A stretch of 64,000 nucleotides of DNA, taken from a bacterium (GTDB lineage Bacteria > UBA8248 > JACPRG01 > G963555815). Positions 20,147-31,018 of this stretch are shown in pieces (position 1 is the first letter of the stretch; every line of letters begins with the position of its first letter). The stretch spans positions 576,001-640,000 of the forward strand of contig OZ244653.1 of the NCBI GenBank assembly GCA_965218795.1, read 5' to 3'. The notes beneath the pieces were generated by a model that saw nothing but the letters and a program-made list of their open reading frames with translations, did not search any database and had not been told where the DNA came from. The translations under genes were made by a program, and so were the position numbers.

Positions 20147-21946
20147 TCAACCCGCCTGACCCATCATGACAGACACCCCGCGGGCCGGCGGGATGGATTC
20201 TTCAATTCTGATGTGTTTGGCGGCCCAAGCCCGGACCGCCTCGGTGGAGGGTAAAGACATCACTTCGTCGGCCCAAGCCTTCGCCTTCGCCAATGAGATG
20301 CTTCTCAATGCCTCTTTGATTCTTGGAATCCTCTGGGGGCTCATACTCAACTCGCGTACCCCCATCCCCGCCAACAGCACCGCTGAGGTCGAGTCGCCTG
20401 CCATCTCCCCGCACACGGCTACCATGATTCCGGATTCGTCCGCGGATTGAACGACCCGCCGGATCAACCTCAGGACCGCCGGGTGGAGAGCGTCGTAGAT
20501 ATACGAGATCCTTTCATTACCCCGGTCGGCGGCCAATGTGTATTGGGTCAGGTCATTGGTCCCAATGGTGAAAAAGGAAACCTCTTTTGCCAGGACATCA
20601 GACATCAACGCCGCTGCTGGAGTCTCAACCAATATCCCGACGGGGGGCAGATTCCCAATCGCGAGCCCCTCACTTTGCAGATCCCGGGCACAGGCCCGGA
20701 GGAGGTCGTTGGCATGTCGGACTTCTTCCAGGCCGGAGACAAACGGATGAAGGATGTGCACGCGCCCTTGCAACGAGGCCCGCAAAAGGGAGCGAAGTTG
20801 AGGGCGGAGCACGTCTTCGCGCGCCAGCGAGAGCCGGATCGCGCGCAACCCGAGCGCCGGATTCGCCTCGATTGCGGGGGTGAGCGTGTCTGCCGCAACG
20901 TCTCCGCCCAAATCAAAGGTCCGGAACACCGCGGGCTGTGGCGCTACTCCCTCGATAATCTGACGATACACTTCAAGGTGCTCCTCCTCGGTCGGCAGAT
21001 CCGCGCGGTTCAAGTAAAGGCATTCGGTCCGGTAGAGGCCGACGCCGGTCGCCCCGTTCGCGCGGATGGCTTCCAGTTCTGTCGGAGAGCTGATGTTCGC
21101 GCGAAGGACCATCCGACTCCCATCCGTGGTTTCGCACGGCAGATCCCTGAAGTACAGCAATGCTTGCTGCCGATCTTCATGCGAATTCTTGAGCGCGTTG
21201 AAATTTCGCAGCGTTTCCCGGCCGGGATGGATATGGAGGGCGCCTGTCCCTCCCTCCATCGCCACTGAATCTCCCTGCCGAATGCTCGAGGTTGCCCCAT
21301 CCACCCCCATGATGGCCGGGATTCCCAGGGTACCCGCGATGATTGCGGCGTGAGAGGTTCTTCCTCCCAATTCCAGGACGAGACCCCTCAGGCGTTTTCG
21401 GTCCATTCCCAGAAGGTCCGCCACGGCCAAGTCGCGGGCCACCAGAATGTCTGGAGGGCCCAAATAGGCTGAAAGCTGCGGATTCACGCCCATGAGTCTG
21501 CGCAGGACATGCTGAATCACCTGGCGAACGTCGCCGCGTCGCTCCCGGATGTATTCGTTGGTCAATTCCGTGAACCTGGCTTCATACCCCTCAAGGGTAT
21601 TCTCCAGTGCCCATTCCGCATTCCAGTAATTCGTTCGAATACATTCGAGAGCCTCTCCGATGAAGATCTCGTCGGACAGGATCATCAGGTGGGCATCCAG
21701 GATGTAGAGAGGCTCTTCTCCGAGTTCGCCGGCTAGGCCTTCTCGCATCCCCTTGATTTCCGCCTCCGTTTCCTTGAAGGCTTCTTGGAGGCGATTGACT
21801 TCCCCGGCTGCTTGTTTCGGGGAGATCAGATATCGTGGGTTTCGACGATCCGCCGATTCCAGCACGAAAGCCTCCCCCCACGCGACCCCCGGAGAGACGC
21901 CGATTCCTCGCAATACAAGTTCTTCAGGCATTCGCGTTTCCGTCAT
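20147..21946 (-). CDS. ptsI: Phosphoenolpyruvate-protein phosphotransferase (PTS enzyme I)
   Basis: GGRTSHAA phospho-His, [32 protein letters not shown]. Confidence 0.96.
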   Translation of the reverse strand: MTETRMPEELVLRGIGVSPGVAWGEAFVLESADRRNPRYLISPKQAAGEVNRLQEAFKETEAEIKGMREGLAGELGEEPLYILDAHLMILSDEIFIGEALECIRTNYWNAEWALENTLEGYEARFTELTNEYIRERRGDVRQVIQHVLRRLMGVNPQLSAYLGPPDILVARDLAVADLLGMDRKRLRGLVLELGGRTSHAAIIAGTLGIPAIMGVDGATSSIRQGDSVAMEGGTGALHIHPGRETLRNFNALKNSHEDRQQALLYFRDLPCETTDGSRMVLRANISSPTELEAIRANGATGVGLYRTECLYLNRADLPTEEEHLEVYRQIIEGVAPQPAVFRTFDLGGDVAADTLTPAIEANPALGLRAIRLSLAREDVLRPQLRSLLRASLQGRVHILHPFVSGLEEVRHANDLLRACARDLQSEGLAIGNLPPVGILVETPAAALMSDVLAKEVSFFTIGTNDLTQYTLAADRGNERISYIYDALHPAVLRLIRRVVQSADESGIMVAVCGEMAGDSTSAVLLAGMGVRELSMSPQRIPRIKEALRSISLAKAKAWADEVMSLPSTEAVRAWAAKHIRIEESIPPARGVSVMMGQAG

Positions 21947-22221
21947 GAGGCATCATTGAACCCGTTGTTGACCAGTGCGACCAACTCCTGAACCATGGCG
22001 TCGGCATCGTCGCCTTCGGCTCGAAGGACAAGGCAGGACCCCTGGGAGGCACCCAACATCATGACTCCCATAATGCTTTTCCCGTTTACGCAGAGGTCTT
22101 TTTTTGAAACCACGATTTCGCTGCTATAGCGGTTGGTTACTTTGACGAAAGCGGCAGCGGGTCGGGCGTGTAAGCCCAACCGGTTGCGAATCTCAACTTC
22201 TGCTTCAACGACCGGATTCAA
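21943..22221 (-). CDS. ptsH: Phosphocarrier protein HPr
   Basis: GLHARPA (His15) and NGKSIMG (Ser46). Confidence 0.96.
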   Translation of the reverse strand: MNPVVEAEVEIRNRLGLHARPAAAFVKVTNRYSSEIVVSKKDLCVNGKSIMGVMMLGASQGSCLVLRAEGDDADAMVQELVALVNNGFNDAS

Positions 22222-22685
22222 TCTGCGGACTCCTCCATGTCAAGCATGTCGCCAGCCACGGTAATCGTCTTCTTCCCATAATCCCGGACAAATCCGGCGG
22301 CCTCCCGGAGGCCAAGCTTATCGAGGATAAATGGCAGCTTCAACAGCATGGGAAGGTTCACACCGGTCACGACCTCGATATTCCGTTGTTCAAGAAACGA
22401 CAGACTGATGTTACAGGGCGTACCGCCCAACATATCCGTCAGGAGTAATACGCCCTGTCCCCCATCCACTTTTCCAATCGCTTTTCCGATGGTTGCCCGG
22501 GCTTTCTCGACATCCACGTTCTGGTCGATATGGATGGCTTCGCACTGGGGGAATTCGCCAACGATGCTCTCCGCATTTTCCTTTAAAACCGAAGCCAGCG
22601 CGCCATGAGTCACGATCACCACGCCGATGGCGCTCGCGGCAGCCGTCTTTGATGGGCGGCTCATTTCATTCCGGGCCTTGTTCAA
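22218..22685 (-). CDS. PTS mannose/fructose-type EIIA component
   Basis: VIVTHG, LTDMLGGTPCN, TGVNLPML. Confidence 0.92.
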   Translation of the reverse strand: MNKARNEMSRPSKTAAASAIGVVIVTHGALASVLKENAESIVGEFPQCEAIHIDQNVDVEKARATIGKAIGKVDGGQGVLLLTDMLGGTPCNISLSFLEQRNIEVVTGVNLPMLLKLPFILDKLGLREAAGFVRDYGKKTITVAGDMLDMEESAD

Positions 22686-23622
22686 TGGAATCCGCCGCTT
22701 CCGTCATCCTCCTGAGGATGCCTTCTTGAAAAGACTCGGCAGAACGATGTCCCATATTTTTCAATAATTGGTTTCGCGCGGCCACCTCGACCAGGGTAGG
22801 AATGTTCCGTCCTGGCTTGACCGGGAGCCGAACATAAGGGAGTGGGATTCCGAGGATCTCGTAGGGATGTCCATCCAAACCGAGCCGGTCATATTCCTGA
22901 GCGGGATCCCACTCCTCGAGCAGGATGACCAGATCGACCTGTTTGACATCCCGAATGGAGACTACGCCGAATAGGTCCCGAATGTTCAGAATTCCCAACC
23001 CGCGAATTTCCATGTGATAGCGTCCGATTTCGAGACTTCGTCCGTTCAGCCGGTCACCGGTCCGGCGAATTTGCACGACGTCGTCCGCCACCAGACGGTG
23101 GCCGCGCTGGACCAGATGCAAGGCGCTCTCGCTTTTTCCAATTCCGCTTTTTCCCAAAATAAGGACGCCGACCCCATTGACATCGATCAGGACCCCATGC
23201 TCCGTCGTTACCGGCCCCAGTCGAGCCTCCAAGTACATGGAGAGATGAGAAATGACGAGAGAGCTTTGACTGCGCGAGCGGATCAGGGGAATGCCCGAAT
23301 TCTCGGCAGCCTCGATTAATTCGCTCGGAACATTCAGCCCTTTCGTCACGAAGAGGCAACAGATGGGATGCCCGCAGAAGTTCCGGATGGCCTCCCGGGC
23401 TCGTTCTTCCGGGAGAGTGGTCAGGTACTCAATCTCTGTCTCGCCCAAGACCTGTACACGGTCTGGATGAAAATTCTTGAAGAAATCTACAAATGCAAGG
23501 CTGTATTTTTGCAGCCGGGGATTCGGGATGAGGTTGTTCAACCCGCGCTCACCTGCAAGCAGCTCGAGATCCAGATATTCTCTCTGTTCCTCAAAGAGTT
23601 CCTGGACCGACAATTCCGTCAT
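22666..23622 (-). CDS. hprK: HPr kinase/phosphorylase
   Basis: HGVLIDVNGVGVLILGKSGIGKSE, LVADD, MEIRGLGI; start set at ATG 23622. Confidence 0.96.
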   Translation of the reverse strand: MTELSVQELFEEQREYLDLELLAGERGLNNLIPNPRLQKYSLAFVDFFKNFHPDRVQVLGETEIEYLTTLPEERAREAIRNFCGHPICCLFVTKGLNVPSELIEAAENSGIPLIRSRSQSSLVISHLSMYLEARLGPVTTEHGVLIDVNGVGVLILGKSGIGKSESALHLVQRGHRLVADDVVQIRRTGDRLNGRSLEIGRYHMEIRGLGILNIRDLFGVVSIRDVKQVDLVILLEEWDPAQEYDRLGLDGHPYEILGIPLPYVRLPVKPGRNIPTLVEVAARNQLLKNMGHRSAESFQEGILRRMTEAADSIEQGPE

Positions 23623-23856
23623 CTGGGTATCCTGGCCCCTTCCGCTCAGAAAAACCCGCCATCGGTCGGAGGGGACCTCTGGCCGCCCTTGACAGTCACG
23701 ATGAAATGGGCGGGACTCACCGGAAGGCCGAATCTTGCAGTTGCCCATCCCAAAGAGATTCGACTGACAGGCGCACTATCCTGCAGGTCAAATTCATTAT
23801 GTCTTCACAGATGTGCCTTGGTTTCAAAAGAACCGAATCTCGGGCCACCCATCGAG

Positions 23857-24432
23857 TCAGCTTGGCTTGGGTGCGATAAGTCCTATTTGTCCGTCTCCAA
23901 GGTAGTAGACAATGTTTATTTCTTCAGTTTCGGAGTTTCGAAACACGAAAAATTTATGATTCTGAGCGGACAACTGAAGGGTTGCCTCCTCGATTGACAT
24001 GGGCTTGATGGGCACATGTGAAATCTTCGCAACCGGCGGTGCTTTTCCCAATGGATGGGGTTCGTCCGGCTCCTCTTCGAAGGTTTCCTCCATCACTTCG
24101 GATTGGGACTTCGTCGCTTCCGATTCCCTCTGGTTTTCCCGGATCCGGTTGGAGCCGCGGCGTGTCTTGTGCTTCTCGATTTGTCTCCTCAATTTTTCCA
24201 CCGTATTGTCTACGGCGATATGGAGGTCATTGCTAACATCTTCCCCATGAAACTTGAATCCGTTCCCGAGAAGTGTGATCTCGGCCCCTTGCCGGTATTT
24301 CTCGACGGAAAGCACAACATTGGCTGAGGTTGCACTGTCCAGCAACCGCTCGAGTTTTTGAACGCGCTCCTCGACATGATTCCTCAACGCGTCAGTCAAA
24401 TGGGTGTGTCGCGCGGTAATTTTCACCTGCAT
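23857..24432 (-). CDS. hpf: Ribosome hibernation promoting factor (long HPF)
   Basis: MQVKITARH, LRRQIEKHK, KPMSIEEA..FFVFRN; follows rpoN. Confidence 0.93.
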   Translation of the reverse strand: MQVKITARHTHLTDALRNHVEERVQKLERLLDSATSANVVLSVEKYRQGAEITLLGNGFKFHGEDVSNDLHIAVDNTVEKLRRQIEKHKTRRGSNRIRENQRESEATKSQSEVMEETFEEEPDEPHPLGKAPPVAKISHVPIKPMSIEEATLQLSAQNHKFFVFRNSETEEINIVYYLGDGQIGLIAPKPS

Positions 24433-24580
24433 GCTTGATTCTCCTCCTTATTCCCGATTCCATGCGCAACAAAGTCATCCCCCCGCAGAGCGAGGTTATC
24501 ATGTCTGTTCGATAGGGAAAAGAATGCGTCAACTGGATGGGTTGAAAGTTTGCGAAAGATAACGGAGGCCGGAAATGCGT

Positions 24581-25925
24581 TCAGAAAGCGACGCGTTTAC
24601 GTCTGCTTGCAGGAGGAATCTTTAATTCTTTTCGATACTTTGTCACTGTTCTACGCGCGATTTCAATGTTTCTCGCCTTGAGCAGGTCTGCGATCTTTTG
24701 GTCTGTCAAAGGGTTCTGTGCGTCTTCGTCGTCCACCGAATGCCGAATCTGCTCCTTCACGGATACGGACGATGTACTCTCTCCCAATCTGGATTTCAGC
24801 TCGCTGTGGAAAAAGAATTTCAATTGATGAATCCCTTGCGGCGTATGCATGTATTTACCGGTTGTGGCTCGGCTGACGGTGGATTCATGCATGCCGATAT
24901 CCATCGCAACGTCTCGCAAGACCAACGGCCGCAAAGCCTGTATCCCGTAATCCAGGAAATCTCGCTGAAACCGGACAATGCTGCGCGACACCTTCATGAG
25001 CGTCTGTCGCCGCTGTTCGATGCTTTTGAGGAGCCATAGGGCGGACCGGAGTCGGTCCTCCAGATATTGTTTCGTTTCGCCTTGATTCTTGTTGCGCAAA
25101 AGCACCCATAAGCAGAGTTGATTCGGAGGCGGGGCATTCCGTCCTCATTGAGGAAAATCTGATATTCTTCGCCGGGCCCATTTGCAGTCTTGAATACATA
25201 GACGTCGGGGTAAACATACTCCGGCTGCGTTTCATCGAAGCGAAGTCCGGGCCGTGGATTGAGCGAGCGGATCAGGCGAACGGCCTCAAGCACATCGGTA
25301 ATGTCCGCCCCCACGGAGCGCGCAACTTTGGGGACAAAACGGTCTTCGAGCTGATCCAGATGGTTTTCCAGGAGTTCATGGATCAGGTCATCGACAATTC
25401 CAAGGGATCTCACCTGGAGGAAAAGGCATTCCTTCAAGGATCGGGCCGAAAGTATCCATCGTCAGCCAGATTCCCTATGATTTCTACGGCTATCGGTTTC
25501 AAGTCTTCCGAAATATCAGAGAGAGACAGCTGCCAAAGGAGGTGTTCAGCGAGGGTTGTGTCTTTACGAAGGCGGTTTTCAAGAGAGGAGAACTCCGACT
25601 GGTCGCCTTCGTGATATCCCATGTCCAGGTTGCTGTCGAAATAGGCCGTCAGGTCGCTCTCCAACTCATCCCGACCGGACTCCGACGGTGAAGCGGTCAG
25701 GTCCATGCTCCCGCTTTCCCATTCGGGTGCGACGTCGTAACCTTCCTCTTCAGCCTGACCGTCTTCCAGGAAAGGGTTTTCTACCATTTCCTGGCGAATT
25801 TTAAGGATGAGTTCCTGGCGGGTCAGGGGAAGCAGCTTGATGGCCTGCTGGAGCATGGCCGTCATCACTAGCTTCTGACTCAGGTTCTGGAACTGGCCGA
25901 GCCTTGGCCCTACGTCCATGGCCAT
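24581..25925 (-). pseudogene. rpoN: RNA polymerase sigma-54 factor, split into three reading frames
   Basis: Region I (LQQAIKLL, ENPFLE), core-binding (KECLFLQ), HTH (HESTVSR) and RpoN box (ARRTVTKYR) lie in three ORFs. Out-of-frame junction near 25445 with a conserved segment missing, and a 1-nt lesion near 25106. Confidence 0.88.
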
Positions 25926-25975
25926 TGTAGAACTCCCCCATAATCCCGACCGAGCAGTGATCGGGACCCTGCAAA

Positions 25976-26717
25976 TCAGTTTCCGAGTGAGAAGTGCTCG
26001 CCGAGATAAATGTCGCGGGCCTTTTGGCTTTTCGCAATTTTTTCGGGCGACCCGCTTTCCAATATTACTCCCTCATTTAAAATGTATGCCCGATCGACAA
26101 TTTGAAGCGTCTCCCGCACATTATGATCGGTGATCAGTACGCCAATCCCCAAGTTTTTCAACTGAACCACCATGTTTTGTATGTCCCCAACGACGATGGG
26201 GTCAATTCCGGCAAAGGGCTCGTCCAGAAGTATGAAAAGAGGCTCGGTGGCTAATGCCCTGCAGATCTCCACCCTGCGCCGCTCACCTCCTGAAAGAGAG
26301 AACCCCTTGCTCTTCCGGACATGGAAAATGTTCAACTCTTCCATGAGGTCCCGGGCCTTCTTCTTCCGCGCTTGGCGTCCCAATCCCTGAGTCTCGAGAA
26401 TGGCGAGAATGTTCTCCTCAACGGTTAATTTACGAAAAACCGAAGGCTCCTGCGGCAAATAACCAATTCCCATTCGGGCGCGTTGGAACATGGGCAAGTC
26501 GGAAACATCCTTATCGTTCAAGATCACCTTGCCCTCGTCCTGGCGGATCAATCCTACGACCATGTAGAAACTCGTGGTCTTTCCCGCTCCGTTTGGGCCC
26601 AAGAGCCCAACGATCTCTCCAGGACGGATGTCCAGGCTGACGTTATTGACGACTCGACGATTTCGAAACGACTTTACGAGTCCGCGGGTCGCCAGTTGTC
26701 TTTTTTGCTTGGGACAA
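25976..26717 (-). CDS. lptB: LPS export ABC transporter ATPase LptB (5' end unresolved)
   Basis: [35 protein letters not shown]. In-frame N-terminus [16 protein letters not shown] has no ATG/GTG/TTG before it; TTG at 26717 is one base out of frame across an A6 run. Confidence 0.88.
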
Positions 26718-27317
26718 GTCTCTTCCGTTCCCGGATTTTTTCTGGGCGGAGGGTTTTTTGTCGTTGGTTGAACCGCGGCCCTGATTTCTTACGTTCTCCT
26801 TCGTGGGATAAAGAACAACATCTACGCGGCGATTACGGTTAGAGTCTCCTTGCACGATTAATTGGTCGGTCTTCAGATAGAAGCTCATCTTATGGCCGAC
26901 GATGATGTTGTCGTTCTCCCAGACCTTCGGGTTTCCGAGGAGAACGATCTTCTGTTCACCGTCATAATACACGGCCTTGTCCGCCGTTGCATACTTGCCT
27001 TCCCGGCTTATGTCCACACGACCTATCGCCTCGATACGGTCGATCTTCTCCGTCTTTGCGTTCCTGTAAACTTCGAGACGGTCGCTGTGGATAACAAGGG
27101 CGCCCCGGGTCGCCGTGACATTACCGATGAAATGGACCCACAGGTTCTTGTTGTCGGCGACCATTCGGTCCGACACAATGTGAATGGGAACTTCTTCTTT
27201 GATAGTCTTATTTTGAAGGAGGCTTTGGGCCACGACTGTTGTGACCGGTCCGACCGCCGGTAACACACAGAATATAAGAATACCCGTCAACGTTTTGACA
27301 ATACAGGATTTTTTCAA
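26643..27317 (-). CDS. lptA: LPS transport periplasmic protein LptA
   Basis: Signal peptide, [31 protein letters not shown]; between lptC and lptB. Confidence 0.88.
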   Translation of the reverse strand: MKKSCIVKTLTGILIFCVLPAVGPVTTVVAQSLLQNKTIKEEVPIHIVSDRMVADNKNLWVHFIGNVTATRGALVIHSDRLEVYRNAKTEKIDRIEAIGRVDISREGKYATADKAVYYDGEQKIVLLGNPKVWENDNIIVGHKMSFYLKTDQLIVQGDSNRNRRVDVVLYPTKENVRNQGRGSTNDKKPSAQKKSGNGRDLSQAKKTTGDPRTRKVVSKSSSRQ

Positions 27318-27913
27318 TTTTTTTTCTTCCCTGTGGGTTTCCAATCCTTGAATGCAACCGGGATGAAGTTCGCTTTCACTTTGTTCTCGAGCCAAAACCG
27401 CTGCTCGTCAACCTTCACGCGCAACCCGTTCCCAATCAGCCTGAACGTCTTCCCGGCGATCCAAACCGGTCTTTTCGTCACGATCTCTCGTTGCTCGTTG
27501 CGCCAACGTAATTCTTCGGTTCGAAGGGTGTATCCATCTTCGGAAACGACCTCCACATTTCCACGAATCCGGATATCTTTGGATTCGTTGTCGAGTTCTC
27601 CGGTCTCTCCGGTAATATGTACCGGTTTTCGGCCCTCGACAAACACTTTCACACGAATGTCCTCTAGCAGGGTCTTGTTATTTTCGTGGTACATTTGTGC
27701 CCATTCGGCTTTGAGCTCCCATACTTTGGCCCCCCCTTTGTCCTCCGTGAGAAAAACATCCTTGAGGCGCAAGTCCGCATCCGTGCCTGCAAGCTCGAAG
27801 CGCTTGGGCAGAAACCGTTCTTGCGTGTTGGTCAAAAGGAAGAATGCGACACTCGCGAGAACTGATCCAATAAGCAGAAGAAGCCAAAAACGAACACTTT
27901 TCAACAAAGGCAT
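27314..27913 (-). CDS. lptC: LPS export protein LptC
   Basis: N-terminal TM anchor, WELKAEWA, GNVEV, LRTEELRW; synteny with lptAB. Confidence 0.88.
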   Translation of the reverse strand: MPLLKSVRFWLLLLIGSVLASVAFFLLTNTQERFLPKRFELAGTDADLRLKDVFLTEDKGGAKVWELKAEWAQMYHENNKTLLEDIRVKVFVEGRKPVHITGETGELDNESKDIRIRGNVEVVSEDGYTLRTEELRWRNEQREIVTKRPVWIAGKTFRLIGNGLRVKVDEQRFWLENKVKANFIPVAFKDWKPTGKKKN

Positions 27914-27983
27914 TGCAGAAACAACTCCCTTCCATCCAAGTTATGTCACAAAGCTGCAAGGCTGTAAAGACAGAAGGTTCAAG

Positions 27984-28595
27984 TCATGGCCGCTCGAAAG
28001 GGGGCGTGTATTCTTCAGAGGCGGAACACGATTGGGGGGAGGGCATAACGGTATCGGAATCAGAAGAAATGGCCTGGATCAGGCTCTGATGCCTTGCCCC
28101 GAAAGCCTGTATCAGGAATGTTCGGGTTTCCGGTGTTTCTATTTGAATATGGATTTCCATCCGGCCCTCGGGTGTCAAATCTTCAAGCTTTTCGGCCCAT
28201 TCGATGATCACCGCACCCGATGAAGATTCGGAAACCATGCCCAGCAGTTCATCCAGACCGATATCGGCGATTTCCTTCCGGGAACCGATCCGGTAAAGAT
28301 CGACGTGGTAGATCGTGAAGGGTCCGGAATACTGATTGATGAGGGTAAATGTAGGGCTTCGAACACCCTTGGAGGTTCCCCTCACCCCTTCCGAAATACC
28401 CCTTGTCATAAGGGTCTTGCCCGACCCAAGGGTTCCAAAGATGCTGAGGATATGCCCCGCCGACAGATGCCTGCCGATCCGCCGCCCCAACGAAAGGGTT
28501 TCTTCCTCACAAGTCGAGAAATAACGGAAGATTCTTTCGTTTCCGGCGATACCGGTATCAAGAGATTGGACAATCTTGGAAGGGTCCGCGTTCAT
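27984..28595 (-). CDS. tsaE: tRNA threonylcarbamoyladenosine biosynthesis ATPase TsaE
   Basis: GTLGSGKT, SPTFTL, HVDLYR, IEWAE. Confidence 0.93.
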   Translation of the reverse strand: MNADPSKIVQSLDTGIAGNERIFRYFSTCEEETLSLGRRIGRHLSAGHILSIFGTLGSGKTLMTRGISEGVRGTSKGVRSPTFTLINQYSGPFTIYHVDLYRIGSRKEIADIGLDELLGMVSESSSGAVIIEWAEKLEDLTPEGRMEIHIQIETPETRTFLIQAFGARHQSLIQAISSDSDTVMPSPQSCSASEEYTPPFERP

Positions 28596-30181
28596 TCCTC
28601 CTCTCCACCCATTGAGGTGAGCTCTCTTGAGCGGATCAATCTTTCCCGGGCTTCAGGAAGCAGGCGCATCACGTCCGAGGCGAGGATCCCCCGTCCTCCC
28701 ATCTTCATGGCCGCCATATCCCCCGCCAGCCCATGCAAGTGGACGGCCGCCCGTAACGCATCGGCCGGAGGAAGTCCCTGTGCGAGGAGCGAGCCCGCCG
28801 CACCCGCCAGCACGTCGCCCGTACCGCCGGACGCCAGGGCCGGATTTCCGCTCATGTTGATCCAAACCTCTCCATTCGGGGAGGCCAGAACGGTTCCAGC
28901 TCCTTTGAGGGCGACCTCGACGGCCTTCTCATTCGAGAATTCACGGGCGGTTTCGATCCGATTCGCCTGCACCGATTCCAAGGTTTGACCTGTCAACCTG
29001 GAGATCTCTCCCGGGTGTGGCGTCAAGCAGAGCGGAGCGGATACTTGGCTCCACGCTTCGAAGCCCGACGCCATGGCATTTAATCCATCAGCGTCTACCA
29101 CCATGGGCCTGTCGCACTGGAGCAGCCAATCGTGGACGAACGACACGGTTTCTTCCTGTGTTGTGATCCCCGGTCCGATCACTACGGCATCCATCCCTGA
29201 CGCGGCCGTCAGTCCAGGCTGCAGGCCTTCCACCGAGAATGTACCTGAGGCAGTTGAGGGTAAGGGGAGACTCATGATTTCGGGGGGGGCGGGCCCCAGC
29301 GTAACGGCCGCCTCCGGGTAGGCCAAGGTGACCAAACCGGCGCCCGAGCGAAGGGCTGCTTCAGCAGCCATGAAAGCCGCGCCCATCTTTCCCGTCGATC
29401 CGGCAACAACGAGGACATGGCCGAAGGTTCCCTTGTGGGCGTCGGCCGGGTAGGTGGGAAACAGCGAAGCCGCTTCGCCGGCTTCGAGTAGAAAAGTCTG
29501 TACGCCTTGGGCGCCCGCCGCGGCCCGCGGAATCCCGATGTCGGCGATAACGAGGCGTCCGGAATAATCCGGTCCAGGGTGAAGGATGTGCCCCCGCTTT
29601 GGAAATCCAAAGGTGACAGTCAGGTCGGCCCGCAAGGCGATTTCCATGGGTCGTCCCGTATCGGCATGAAGGCCCGAAGGGATATCAACGGCTGTGATAG
29701 GCGTCTCCCTCCGGGAAATGGCGGAGAGAGCCGTGGCAACATGGCCACGGGGGGCGGAGGTGAGACCTGTCCCGAATACCGCATCGACCCAGAGATCCAC
29801 GTCACGAAAACTCTCTTTGCTCCGGAGGACGGCTTCTTCGTCCGGCAGGACCTGAATGTGGATCCCCATCCGCCTCGCGCTGTCGAGGTGGGTGCGGGCG
29901 TCGCCGACGGATGCATCCGTATCGAACAGACAGTACACACATACACGCGAGCCCAGATTATGGAGGTGCCGGGCGATCACATAACCGTCACCACCGTTGT
30001 TTCCCTTGCCGGTCAGAATGCCGATCCGACGGCCTTCCAGCTCTCCATACCGCTCCTGCATGGTGCGGACTACGCATACGCCGGCGTTTTCCATCAGGCA
30101 TACGCCGGGAATTCCGTACTCTTCGATGGCGCGGCGGTCGATGCCGGCCATCTCCTCGGCCGTAACCAGGAGTGGAGGCAT
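28592..30181 (-). CDS. nnr: Bifunctional NAD(P)H-hydrate epimerase/dehydratase
   Basis: LMENAG, GKGNNGGDG, DIPSG, HKGTFG, TPHPGE, GGTGDVLAG. Confidence 0.95.
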   Translation of the reverse strand: MPPLLVTAEEMAGIDRRAIEEYGIPGVCLMENAGVCVVRTMQERYGELEGRRIGILTGKGNNGGDGYVIARHLHNLGSRVCVYCLFDTDASVGDARTHLDSARRMGIHIQVLPDEEAVLRSKESFRDVDLWVDAVFGTGLTSAPRGHVATALSAISRRETPITAVDIPSGLHADTGRPMEIALRADLTVTFGFPKRGHILHPGPDYSGRLVIADIGIPRAAAGAQGVQTFLLEAGEAASLFPTYPADAHKGTFGHVLVVAGSTGKMGAAFMAAEAALRSGAGLVTLAYPEAAVTLGPAPPEIMSLPLPSTASGTFSVEGLQPGLTAASGMDAVVIGPGITTQEETVSFVHDWLLQCDRPMVVDADGLNAMASGFEAWSQVSAPLCLTPHPGEISRLTGQTLESVQANRIETAREFSNEKAVEVALKGAGTVLASPNGEVWINMSGNPALASGGTGDVLAGAAGSLLAQGLPPADALRAAVHLHGLAGDMAAMKMGGRGILASDVMRLLPEARERLIRSRELTSMGGEEE

Positions 30182-30185
30182 AAGA

Positions 30186-30932
30186 TTACTCGGAGATTTC
30201 TCTGGATTCCCCGGACGCGTTTTCGATGAGCGTCACCATGTCCCGAACGGCAATCTCCATGCCGGAAAATATGGACCGGGACACGATACTGTGACCGATA
30301 TTCAGTTCCAAAATCTCCGGAACCGCGGCCACCCGGGTGACATTGAGGTAGGTCAGGCCATGACCGGCGTGAACTCCGAGCCCTTGGTCCGCGGCCCTTC
30401 GGACACCCGTGAGGATGGTCTCAACTTCTTGATCGCTCTCCGCGGGCGTCTTTGCTTCCGAATAGGCGGCCGTGTTGATTTCAACGAAATCCGATCCCAG
30501 GCGCTTTGCGCTGTCAATCTGGTCTGGGTGGGGGTCGATGAAGAGGCTCACCTGTATTCCGGCTTCGTGAAGACGGGAAATATAGGGCTTGATCCTTTCT
30601 TCCTGGCCAGCGGCGTCCAGTCCGCCTTCGGTGGTGACTTCTTCGCGCCTCTCGGGAACGAGGGACGCTTGGTCCGGCTTCACGTCGAGAGCGAATTGAA
30701 GCATTTCGTCTGCAGCGGCCATCTCCAGATTGAGCTTTCCCCGAACGGTCTCACGCAGCAGGCGAACATCCCGATCCTGGATGTGCCTTCGGTCCTCCCG
30801 CAAGTGGACTGTGATTCCAATCGCCCCTGCGAGTTCCGACTGGACGGCCGCCCAAACCGGATCGGGCTCGACCGTTCTGCGGGCTTGCCGCACGGTGGCC
30901 ACGTGATCGACGTTGACGCAGAGATGTGCCAT
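30186..30932 (-). CDS. pdxJ: Pyridoxine 5'-phosphate synthase
   Basis: [39 protein letters not shown]. Confidence 0.97.
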   Translation of the reverse strand: MAHLCVNVDHVATVRQARRTVEPDPVWAAVQSELAGAIGITVHLREDRRHIQDRDVRLLRETVRGKLNLEMAAADEMLQFALDVKPDQASLVPERREEVTTEGGLDAAGQEERIKPYISRLHEAGIQVSLFIDPHPDQIDSAKRLGSDFVEINTAAYSEAKTPAESDQEVETILTGVRRAADQGLGVHAGHGLTYLNVTRVAAVPEILELNIGHSIVSRSIFSGMEIAVRDMVTLIENASGESREISE

Positions 30933-31018
30933 ATGGGTGAAGGGCGCAGGGGGGCCGTCAGGGAGGCGGGATTCGCAGGGGGAGCGTCGTTTTCATGATG
31001 TTCGGCCCTCAATGGTGC

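Noticed and set aside
26698-26708. A-AAA-AAG slippery heptamer in the lptA frame as a programmed -1 frameshift producing LptB
   Set aside because: A -1 shift enters the third frame and soon hits TAA; lptB is in the +1 frame.
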